Origin: Neocallimastix sp. 'constans'
Taxonomy: Eukaryota
Direction: 5' to 3'
DNA: 64,000 bases
Assembly (NCBI GenBank): GCA_050613775.1
Contig: JBODTK010000015.1
Coordinates: 1,116,001-1,180,000, forward strand
The position numbers and the translations under genes were made by a program. Below, one piece after another: positions 47,030 through 64,000 of the stretch. Below the pieces are notes generated by a model, which was not told the origin of the DNA, made no database searches, and saw nothing but the letters and a program-made list of their open reading frames with translations. Within the stretch, counting starts at the first letter, position 1, and each line of letters opens with the position of its first letter.

Positions 47030-49921
47030 TTTTTATTTTTTATTATCAAATATATATATATTAAATTATGAAATTATGTTAGAATATGTGAATTTATTTT
47101 TAATTACTAATAATTAATATGTTAGTGAATTTATTTTTTAATTACTAATAATTAATAATGTATTACTAATGTAATAGTTCTTAGAATATTCATGTATTAA
47201 GTTATTTCTAATGTTATTAAGCCACATTTAAGATATATAAATACATGTAATTTGTATCTATTTTACATAACAATTAGAAAATATAGAAACATATAACTCT
47301 TTATAATTAATAAAGTTAATAAGATATAAATCTTATTTTCTAATAAATTATTATAAAATAAAATATTTATTTAATTACTATTTATTTATTTATTTATATA
47401 AAAAAATTTATACATAATACGCCACCTTAAAATATGTAGCTTATAATTAATCACGTGTGGGTCCGAAATGCACTATTCCCATATATTTTATAGTTAATAA
47501 ATATAAAGATTATTATCCCTATAATTTTATAAGTGTAATTAGTCCCAAATACCAGTTTGTTCTTTTTTCTTTCCATTTGACTTTCATTATTCAACAGTTT
47601 AATTAAAAAGAAGAGTTTTTTTATAGAAGTATTATTATTTAGAATTTTCTCTCAATATTATTTAATAAATTTTTTAATATAAACTAAATACCCTTTATGA
47701 TTTTAATTTTGCATTGTTTATTATACAAGTTTTTATATAAATATTATTAGTTAATAGTAACAAATAAATATTATTATTATAACATTTATTTCAATATTAT
47801 TTTTATTTCTTTATTATTATAAAATTATTATTTTATTGATATTGATACTAATATAAAAAATAAATATAAATATTATAATTACAAATGATATAATATAATA
47901 TATATATTAATTTGTCTTGAGGAATTCTTTATTATTAAAAAATTTTTATTAAAATTTACCTTTTTTCATACATCCTTTGAGAGAAAAATTCTTATTCAAC
48001 AAAAATCATAAAGAAAAAAAAATTTTTTTTACCATGATATAATATTAAATTATAAAAAAAAAAAAAAAAAAAAGAAATGGCTTAATTAAAATTATTAAGT
48101 CCTATTCACAAAATTTTCTTCTATTTTAATAAATAGCCTTTTTTTTTTTTTAAAAAAAAAAAAAACTTAAATATAATATGAAAAAGAAAGAAACTATTTT
48201 ATCCAGAATTTTATTAGGTTCTTTGATATGATAATAAATATCAATATTATATTGGTTTTATGGAATTTATTTAGTTTCTTTGAAGAAAAGAATTTTTTAA
48301 TAATATATTTAAAGACATTATCATTTTGTATAGTTACAACAAATTATTACTACATTGGAGTTTTAAATTCTCAAAGTTTTGATCTTTTTCTTATAATAAC
48401 ACAGAATAGCTTTATATTCAATAATATAAAAAAGAAAAATAATATATTAATAAAAGAAATTAATATATAACTGACTATGTATTAATTTTAATATTAGGAA
48501 CAGATTTATTTTAATAGCATTGTTAAATTATTTATATTAATTAAATGTAAAGAATATATATTTTTTATCCATTAATTCAATATGAATTTTTATATCTTTA
48601 ATAAATTTTTTTTTTTTTTTAGTTTAAACTTCTAAATTATGTATTATTCATATTCATAAAAACATAAAATTAGTATAAAATTGAAATAAATACTATTGAA
48701 ATATAAAATATAAATATTTTTTAATTATAGTTATTATTCAAAATTTATATTTTTATAATATTTTTTAATTTTTTTTTTTAATATTTTTTTAATAATTTAT
48801 ATATATATATTTTTTTTTAATTATAAAAATTTTCACATTTACAAAGAAATAAATCTCATGTTTTCTTTTATAATACAAGTGATATATAATAAATAATAAA
48901 TAATAAATATTAATAATTAAGATCTCATTAAATCAATTAACAGTATTCGTATTAGTATTATTATTAGTATTATTGTGGATTAGTGTTATGGTTATTTTCA
49001 TTAGCATTATTTTTTAGTTGTTTTTAGTTGTATAATGTATATTTTTAAAGTTATAATATGAATATTTCTAAAATCTTCATAATATATATTTTTATTGGTT
49101 AAAATTTTAAATTAACATAATAAAAAAAAATTATGACTTTGCTAATATATATATATAATATATTTATTATTTGATTTTTAAATATTTATTTATAATATTT
49201 AATTATATATATATATCTATTTAGTTTTATTTTATTTATTTATTTGAATTTTTTTTAATTTATAATAAATTAATTAATGAATAAAATTATTCTTTCTCTT
49301 TATATATATATAAAATTAAAATAAATTTGTTTTTTATTAATAATATTATTATTAATAAATATTTCAATAAATATTTTTGTTTTAATGAAAAATTATAATT
49401 TAATAAATTTATGTTTTAATAAATATAGATTTTAATAAATTTATGTTTTAATAAATATATTTAGTTTTTGAAATATAATTATTTTCATAATTGCAGGTTT
49501 TTATTAAAATAATAATAATATATATATAAATTGAAATTTTCTCAATTTAATCAGTAATCATTTTGTAAATTTATTATTAATTACTCTTTTATATTATGCC
49601 AAGTAAATTTAAGAAATTTTAATATTAATAATTGATAATATTACTAAGTAATTAATAATAATAATATTTTAATAATAATTAAAATCAAAAATAGAGAAAA
49701 GAATAATTGTAAACTTATATATAATAATAAAATTTGTTTTTAAATGTTGTCTTTTGTTTAAAAGCAATATAGAGTTTTTTATTTTATTTTTTTTTTAATT
49801 TTAGGATTAAGTTGTAGTATAATTTCTTTGAATTTTAATTTTTAATTTATTATTAAATAATTTTTGAATTTCTAATTTGAAATTCAATTTTCCATTTTTA
49901 TTAGTAGAAATTTTAAGCAAA

Positions 49922-49970
<49 letters not shown>

Positions 49971-50096
49971 TATATATATATATATATACTTTTTTATTAT
50001 AAGTTAATAATTAATAGAAATTATTGTTTCATTATATTCTTAATAAATTATATTTTTTAAAATTTGATATTCCATTTAAATTAAACATTTATAAAA

Positions 50097-55431
<5,335 letters not shown>

Positions 55432-55699
55432 AAAAAAAATTAATATATTTATATATATATATATACATATATACATAATTATATGTTAAACCTGACGATA
55501 AGGAAATTTTTGGAAGTACTTTATTATTTATTATTTAAAAAATATTAAATATATATATATAATTTAAATTATGATAATAATAAAAATTTTATTCATAAAT
55601 AAATAAAATATATAAATATATAAATTAACAATGAAAAATGATAACAATTTAAATATTATTATTTAATAATTTGAATTTTTTTTTTTTCATATTCAGTTA

Positions 55700-55852
55700 A
55701 GTGGATGATGATGTATAACTTATCATGGTAGAACAAAAATTTAAACTGAAATAATCATTTCTTACACAACCTATTAAGGTTCTATTTGGAAATATAGTAT
55801 GGGCATCCATGTATTTCTTTTTTGGCAAATTTAAATAAGTCCTGGGTCCTTT

Positions 55853-55944
<92 letters not shown>

Positions 55945-56169
55945 ATCTTTATACGTAAATATTTTCCCTATCCTATCACATAAAAATTTATAGTATGTTC
56001 TAAATAGCTGTTCTTCATACAAGATTTTTTTTTTTTAAAAAAAAAAAAATACCAGATTCATTATTAACAAGTGAATATAAGATGTGATGAAGTAGAAAAA
56101 AATGTTAAAAATATACAAGGTTTAATTGTTGAAATAAATGTAAATCTATAATTTCTTTTTTTAAATATT

Positions 56170-56222
<53 letters not shown>

Positions 56223-56648
56223 ATTAAATTTGGGATTATCTTTTTCAAATTCATGAATATTTTATTTTATTTAATATTTTTTTTTCTTACTACACCTTTT
56301 GAATATATTTACCTAATGAATGTCCAATATTAGAAAATTTTAAATTACAATTTAAATTTTCAAAATTATCTTCAAAAAAATAGTTATTGAAATATTTTTC
56401 AAGAAAATGGGTTAATTCAATTAATGTTCTTTCTACTAATACTTGAACTTTAGAATGACAATGACTTTTAAAATAGGCATTATATTTTGAATAATGTTCA
56501 TATATATAGATCAATAATTTTTTTAATATTTACCATACTTTATAGTTTTCTTGAAAATAATAAATTGAAATTTTCCACTTTGGTTTTTATTATTATGAAA
56601 ATCACTAACCCCTCCATCTAAACCATGAAGGTAATAAAATAAAAATAT
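55700..56648 (-). pseudogene. Decayed paralog of the adjacent DUF676 lipase-like gene
   Basis: Collinear remnants YYLHGLDG, IGHSLG, FISTIKPCIFLT, IGKIFTYKD and FPNRTLIG match VHGLDR, SGHSLG, FITDIKPCSFLT, IGKELVFKD and FPNRTLTG of the intact gene. Stops, frameshifts and homopolymer/microsatellite expansions interrupt it. Confidence 0.85.
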
Positions 56649-56963
56649 GGGTGTGGGGCATTTCGTCAAATTGCAATTCGCCAAGTTGCATTTCGCCAAA
56701 CTGAAAATTATTAAATAAATAAATAAATCAATAAATAAAATTAAATATTATTAATATCACATAAAAACAATTTTAAAAAAATATTTTGAATTAATATTTA
56801 TTTATTTATTCATTTATTTATTTCAATACTCTACTTGTCGAAATGCAACCTGGCGAAAAGCAACTTGGGGAAATGCAACTTGGGGAAATGCAACATTTTA
56901 ATACTACGCCACTTGTCGAAATACAACCTGGCGAAATGCAATTTGGGGAAATGCAACTCTCCC
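56649..56963. mobile_element. Non-autonomous foldback/Mutator-like MITE, 315 bp, with perfect 9-bp TSD TAAAAATAT
   Basis: GGG...CCC termini. Imperfect inverted arms are built from 15-bp units (TTGCATTTCGCCAAG left; CTTGGGGAAATGCAA / CCTGGCGAAATGCAA right). TAAAAATAT at 56640-56648 and 56964-56972. Confidence 0.88.
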
Positions 56964-57719
56964 TAAAAATATATGGATATAAAATTAAATATACAATTTT
57001 TAAAAAAAAAAATTTTTTTTATTATTTTTATTTTAATTTTTTAAATAGCATAGTAAATTTCATTTCAATTAGGAAAGAACAAATATAAAAAATAAAATGA
57101 TATGAAATAAACAGTACTATTCCATTAAAGATAAAGTAAATTTAAAAAAATGTAAAATATATAAATAATATTTAAATATCGTCTTAAAACAAATTATTAA
57201 AAAAAAAAAAAAAAGATTATACATTTTGAATAACATTTTATTCATATTTATTTGGAAATATTATTATGACTTTTTTTTTTTTATTTTTATTTTTTTTTTA
57301 TTTTTTAATAAATAAATAATACTGTCATTAACTTTTTTTTTTTTAGTATTTATTATAATTAAAAAACTGGGAGACAATTTATTATATGATATGATATTTA
57401 TTTATATATATTTTAAAATTTTTTATTATTATTATTTTTTTTTTATTTTAATTAACAAATAATTAGTTATTATAATCTATATTTTTTTTTTTTTTTTTTT
57501 TTTTTTAATTATTATTTGAAAGACTTATGGTACAAAAACTTTACCACCATCACCACAACTACCATTTAAAATATATTAAAAATAATTATATTTTTTTTTG
57601 AGATGTTAAGGTACATTAAATTATTATTTTTTTTTTATATATATATTTTTTCAATTCTAATTTTTTATTATTTTTTTTCTATTTTATTTATTTATTTACT
57701 TATTTATTTATTTATTTAT

Positions 57720-57760
<41 letters not shown>

Positions 57761-57992
57761 ATCTCTTTTTATTATGTAATTTAGTTATCATTTGTAAATT
57801 TAATTATTTTTTTTATATACATAATACCTTAGAAAATATATATATATATATATATATATATTTTTTATAATTTTTATAATTTTTAAATTATGTAAAGATT
57901 TATTCAAAAATAAAAAAAAAAAAAATTTTTTTTTTTTTTTTTTTTTTGGTATATACATATGTTTTTTTTTTTTTTTTTTTAGAAATATTTAA

Positions 57993-59514
57993 TTATAGGG
58001 AATAAAGATCATTTTGTCCAGATGTCCATATAAAATCTGCAATTAATACACTACTATAGAAATTAACTGTTTTCTTTGCCATATTTCTAATACATTCCTT
58101 ATCAAAAATAGTCCATTTCGTACCAAGACAAGCACCATGAGTTCCAACTCTATCAAGTCCTCTTGGAAGAAGTAAATCAATTGAAACTCTTCTATACGGA
58201 ATACTATTAAATTTCTTTAAAATATAAATTGGAATTTCACTTTGACATTCATTATCAACTAAAAATATATTTTTACTTTCATCTATAAAAATGAATATAT
58301 AGAAAAATAAAAAAATAAAAAATAACAAAAAAAAAAAAATAAAAATAAAAATAAAAAAAAAATATATATATATATAATATTATATAAATATATTTTTTAT
58401 TATTAATATTTATATTATTTTAATAAATACAATGATAATTAATAATAAATATTTCTTTACCATTTGCATCATCTGGATTTTCTCCCTTTTTAATTAAATT
58501 TTGTTTAATCTGTTCATCAATATTTGGTGGTTCAAGAATTCTAGTATTATCATAATAGAAACCTTCTAATACTTTTTCATTATAAAGTCCTTTTTTATAA
58601 TAATCAAACTCTGGACCGTCATTATAACCAGAAATAGCAATAATTCTTGTATCGACTGTTTTATTTTCATCAGGTATAATACTATCTTTTTCTTGTTTTA
58701 ATTCTTCCAATGGACTTTCAATACATGCGAAAGCAGTACAATATTTAACTTGTAAATCATATCTTAAGAAACCGGTTAAAGTTCTATTTGGGAATTTTGC
58801 CAAAGCATCTTCTATATATTCTTTTTCACAAAATTGATATAAAATTGGCTTATTATCTTTGAAATATTCATTATTCTTTATTTTATCATCTTTAAATACT
58901 AATTCTTTTCCAATATTACTTATTAAATAATCACAAAAAACATGCGTTCCAATCTTTTCAATTTTCTTTTGAATACTGCTAGTTGTATTAGCTCCTGAAA
59001 CAAGGGATCCCAAATGAGGTGAAGAAAGCGTTAAGAATGAACATGGTTTAATATCCGTAATGAATGAGTTTACTTTTTTTAAATAGTCAAGATAATTATC
59101 ATATTGTACATTATCAAAAGTATAAACTGAAAAAATATTTTTAATAAGTCCACGAGAAATAAGACCACCTAATGAATGTCCTGAAATGGAGATATAAATA
59201 TTACATTTAACCCCTTCAAAATTATTATATTTTTCTTTATTGTCATTTAATTCTTTAATAATAGTATTCTCAAAGAACTCTTTAAATTCAATAAAATCAT
59301 TTCTTGAAGTAACAATTAAGTGATCTCTTGATTTTAAACCGGTATGAGAAGTTGAACAATAACAATAAATTAAATTTTGAATTTCTTTATTTTCTTGATT
59401 TTCAAAAACTTTTCCAAATAATTCTTCAGTTCTTTGTTTAATAAATCCATAATCATCTTTACTTCTGTCTAAACCGTGAACTAAATAACAATACAATATA
59501 TTAAGTTCTTTCAT
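57993..59514 (-). CDS. DUF676 / putative serine esterase (alpha/beta hydrolase), 447 aa, 2 exons (59514-58461, 58282-57993)
   Basis: LVHGL, nucleophile elbow GHSLGG, LSSPHLG, candidate catalytic D (RYDLQV) and H (GTHG). GT-AG intron 58283-58460 preserves frame. Confidence 0.88.
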
Positions 59515-59733
59515 CCTGTTACACTTTTCTAAATTGTCCTGATATATATTTTATTTATTTTATTACTACTAATTTTATTTTATTTTATTTTTTTTTTTTT
59601 AGTTTATTTATTTTGTTTTAACGATTAATTTTTATTTTAATAATTTATTTATATATCATTTATTATTTTAAAATATGCATGATTAATAATGATTAATATT
59701 ATTTATTATAGAAAGAATTTATTGGTTGAATTA

Positions 59734-59764
<31 letters not shown>

Positions 59765-62010
59765 TTTTTGTTTTTTTTCTAAAGTATTATAAAGTATTTA
59801 AATTTATTAAATAAATAAATAATAAATAAATAAATAATAAATAAATAATAAATAATAAATAATAAATAATAAATAATAAATAATAAATAATAAATAATAA
59901 ATAATAAATAATAAATAATAAATAATAAATAATTGAATAATAAATAAATAAATAATCACGTTATTATTGAGATTTATTTAATTATATCTTAAAATGGAAG
60001 AATTAAAATATTATAATATTTTTATTTCAACATTTTTCAAAAATTATTTTAAATATTGCACATCATTATATGTAGTCTTTTTTATGTATATTAATAAAAT
60101 TTATTATTGTCAATAGATGTTTTTTTAATAATAAATTTATAAACGACCTTTACTAATATTAAGAGTTTAAATATTTTTTATTTTTTTTTTCCTATAAACT
60201 AAAAATTATTTAAATAATTTATAATATTTATATCTATATTATTTCGTTACACAATAACTTTAATTTAGAAAATAATAATTTACACATTTTAATCTTTTTT
60301 TTTTTTTTTTTAAAAAATATTTTATAATTTAATATTATTTTACAAAATGTAATATTCAAATAACTTTTTTTTTTTTTTGAATAATGTAAAAAAAAAAAAT
60401 ATTATATTATATATATACAATTACTTTATAATATTTTTAATATCATTTAAAATATTAGTACTACTATCTGGGCAATAGTTATAAATTTATGTTCAAATGC
60501 CAGACCATTATTTTCAAAGTTTACTTTAGAACAAAGACATGAATAAGGTTCGTTTTCAACATTAGAATAATTTTCAGAATTATTTAATTAATTATCATTA
60601 GGAACAGTAATAATAATTTCATTAAAAAAAAAAAAAAAAAAAAAAAGATAGAAAGGTCACTATTAAACTGAAATGTAATATTACACATAAGATGAATAGA
60701 ATTATCTCTTGTACCGTTACAATAATTTTTATCTTATTAATTCTAATTTAACTATATGAAATTTAAATTGATATAATGTTATTATAAATAAAAATGTCAT
60801 TACCGTTTATATAATAAATTTTTCCACTATAGATTCTACTCTAATATCATTTATACTATTATAATCAATACTAAATTGTCAATTTATCTTTCTAATAGAA
60901 TTTTTATATAATAGGACATGAAATTAATTTTAATTCAATTATCTTTGTTTGTTTTTAAAAGATTTCATAGCTTTTATAATTTTTTTTTTTTTTTTTTGAA
61001 TATCAAGATGAAAAATTCTTTATCATTTCAATAGTAAAAAAAGGAAATCTCTGCTCTTATTTCGTATGATGGTATAATAGATATTGATTTTCTGAAAGTT
61101 TAAATTTATTTATTAGAATTAATTGTTATAACTTTTAATTATACTACTTTTTTTCATTTTTATTTTTATTTTTATTTTTATTTTTATTTTTTATTTTTAT
61201 TTTTATTTTTATTTTTATTTAAGAGAAATTATTAAGTAATAGTTTTTAAAATATATTTTAAATGTTATAATTTACAGTATTTTCTGTGTTGATAAATATT
61301 GCAGTAAACAATACTAAAATTTATAGGTTTTATAATAAAATGAATAAATATAACAATAAATATTTAATTTTATGTCTATGTATTTATTAATAGTAAATGA
61401 TTAATACATACATAGTACGTTATACAAAATCAATTAAAATATATATATATATATATATATATATTTAAATTTTATACATCTCATAAATTAAAAATAATAT
61501 TTAAATATGATATTCCATCCAAAATTTTAAAGTATTATATATGATCAGTGAAAGTTACTTCTATGGAATATTAATATGATAAACTAATGAATTATATTTA
61601 TATTCAAATAAATGTAAATAAATTTTAAAGTTTTTTTTTTTTTTTTTTTTGTGTTAATATTAAAATGTGTTAAATCAATGTATATATAAACAAAATAAAA
61701 ATAGAAAATAGAAATAAAAAAAATTTTTTTTTATTTAAATAATATATTTAAATTTTTAATAAATATAATAAAGAATTATTAATATTAAGTAATATCACAA
61801 AACAATAATATTTTTATTTAAAAAAAAAAATTATATAATAAAATGTAAATTATTTATATATTGTTTTTTTAATACAATTAAAATGATGTTTATTTTTGGA
61901 ATACATTTTAAAATTTATATGAAAATCAATTATATTACTAATAAATATGTAATATGTATTTATATATATAAATTATTATTATTTTTTTTTTGTTTGTGTG
62001 TGTTTTGATA

Positions 62011-62072
62011 TGTTTCCAATATTTGCTTTGTTTCCAATATTTACTTTGTTTCCAATGTTTGCTTTGTTTCCA
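62011..62072. repeat. 18-bp tandem repeat (TGTTTCCAATATTTGCTT), ~3.5 copies
   Basis: Directly visible. Confidence 0.8.
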
Positions 62073-62625
62073 GTAAAAAGACAATTTTAATTAAATGATG
62101 AACAGTATTTAGGATATTATCTAATAATAACATATTTATACATTTAATTATATAATTTTTAACATTATTCATAAAATGAATATGTATGCATCTTTTACAT
62201 AAGGAATTGACTTAATATAAAAATATTATAATATATTTATTTTATTTTTTTTTATTTTATTTTATTTATATATAAATTCTTTTTATATTATACATACATA
62301 AAATTTATAAATTTTCTTTTAATATAGTTCTTTTTTTTTTTTTTCTATATTTAAAAGATAATTATAAAAATAATTACTTTAAATTTATTTTAAATATTTA
62401 ATTATTATTACTAATTTTATATTTAAAAAAATTTTATTTATTTTTTTTTTTTGTTGATAATGTATATTAATAAGTTACAAATGAATATATATTTTTTATT
62501 TTAAAAAAAAAAAAAAAAAGGAAACGTTTTTTTTTTATTTATATATTAATCATTTATATATTAAAATTTTTTTGAAATTTATATATATATATATATATTT
62601 TTTTTTAAAGTAGATCTAACAAACA

Positions 62626-64000
62626 TTATACATTGCAATTTGAAGTAATACCACACCAGGTATTATTTTCTACACCCCATTTACCATCCTTATCAGTATA
62701 GATTATATTACAATTACTGCTACTACAGCAAGAATAACCTTGATTGGTAATGGAGGATGAACAGGTTGGTGAAGAAGATTTATTATCGTTACATCCACAC
62801 CATTCATCATTTTCAATACCCCATGTACCATCTTCATCAACATAAACAATAGTACATTTAGAGGAACAGCATTTATATCCTTGGCTTAAGATAGAAGATG
62901 AACATTGATTAGATGGCTGAGGTTTTCTATTTCCACATCCACACCATTGTCCATTTTCAACACCCCAATCTCCATCTTCGTCAGTAAATGTAACGGTACA
63001 TCTTGATGAGCAGCAAGAATAACCTTGTTTTAAAATAGAAGCTGAACATGAATCATTGCTGGTAGTTGGAGATTGAGTTTTTGTTGTTGTAGAAGGAGTA
63101 ATAGTAACTCCTGGAGAAGTTACAGATGGTGGATTAGTTACAGAACCCTGTGCACCAGCAGATGCAGTAGCCGTTTGACTATAAGTACCAGCAATAATAG
63201 TATAAGTTTGGCCAGCTACCATTTTAGGTGAAGTTACAAGGATGGAGGAATAGGCATTGATTGGTGTGAATGAGGCAATAATATTATTACTTTTGTCCTT
63301 TACAGTAATTTGGGTACCGGCGGTTTGGGCTGTTATAGAAGTTTGAATATTTGGTTGATATACAGTACCAGTTTCCATACCAAATCTGCCACCACCTCCT
63401 GGACCTTGACGCTTCCAGATACCACCACGTTTACTACTACCTCCAGCAGTACCAATAACAGTAGCTCCTGAACAAATAGCATTAGTACCTTCTGCATCAA
63501 AAGCTGCCATATTACCATAAATAGCTCCTCCTTGATTACTGACATAAACTTCTGCATTACCTCCAATGTAAAGAACTCCATTGGAATCGATTCCATCAAC
63601 ATCATTACCTTGAACAGTAACATAAGTTTTACCACCAACAATATTAATGTAAACACTACCATCTGTTCCAGTACTAGATCCTCCCATATTCCATCCTCCA
63701 CGACCTCCATTACTTGAAGTTTGTGTACTATCTTTAATTTTTGAAGCATTGATACCATCATCTTTGGACAAGACATGAACTTCTCCTCCAATAATATCAA
63801 TCATTTGACCTTCAAGACCTTCTCCACTTTTCTTAACATCGACATAACCTCCATTAATGGTAAGATGAGTTTCGGCATGAATACCATCACTTTCAGTTGA
63901 AACACTAGTATTTCCACCATCAATGACAATGTATCCTTTTTCGGCATCATCATCTCTGGTAACTTTAATACCACTATTACTTGAAGTAACATCAATGGTT
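62626..64000 (-). CDS. Cthe_2159-like (DUF4353) beta-helix carbohydrate-binding protein with 3 C-terminal fungal dockerin (CBM10-like) domains; 5' end outside window
   Basis: Frame stays open to the window edge (GYIVIDGG..DGIHAE..INGG..EGLEG..DDGINA..DGIDSNG). Thr-rich linker, then three GYxCC...DGxWG(V/I)ENxxWCG units. Confidence 0.88.
   Translation of the reverse strand, partial: TIDVTSSNSGIKVTRDDDAEKGYIVIDGGNTSVSTESDGIHAETHLTINGGYVDVKKSGEGLEGQMIDIIGGEVHVLSKDDGINASKIKDSTQTSSNGGRGGWNMGGSSTGTDGSVYINIVGGKTYVTVQGNDVDGIDSNGVLYIGGNAEVYVSNQGGAIYGNMAAFDAEGTNAICSGATVIGTAGGSSKRGGIWKRQGPGGGGRFGMETGTVYQPNIQTSITAQTAGTQITVKDKSNNIIASFTPINAYSSILVTSPKMVAGQTYTIIAGTYSQTATASAGAQGSVTNPPSVTSPGVTITPSTTTKTQSPTTSNDSCSASILKQGYSCCSSRCTVTFTDEDGDWGVENGQWCGCGNRKPQPSNQCSSSILSQGYKCCSSKCTIVYVDEDGTWGIENDEWCGCNDNKSSSPTCSSSITNQGYSCCSSSNCNIIYTDKDGKWGVENNTWCGITSNCNV

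Noticed and set aside
56843..57088. MQPGEKQLGE repeat peptide
   Set aside because: Translation of the MITE's 15-bp units.

Overview
Extremely AT-rich eukaryotic DNA with GT-AG introns, homopolymer runs and (TAA)n microsatellites. It is most consistent with an anaerobic gut fungus (Neocallimastigomycota), judging by the fungal dockerins, multi-CBM18 proteins and a flagellar gene. I reconstructed nine protein genes by hand: an Agd3/CE18-like secreted deacetylase, two secreted CBM18-repeat proteins, a BTG/Tob protein missed by the ORF track, a 12-exon SPAG16/PF20, aspartate-semialdehyde dehydrogenase, an 11-exon Fun30/SMARCAD1, a DUF676 lipase-like gene, and the 3' part of a Cthe_2159-like protein with three dockerins. 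Beyond the genes there are three notable items. First, a ~170-nt structured RNA candidate on the minus strand (43470-43640) carries H/ACA-like boxes and an Sm-like site. Second, there are two copies of a foldback/Mutator-type MITE with 9-bp target duplications. Third, a decayed DUF676 paralog has one of these MITEs inserted in its first codons. Most other ORFs in the track are low-complexity artefacts. All assignments come from motif recognition by eye; no searches were run.
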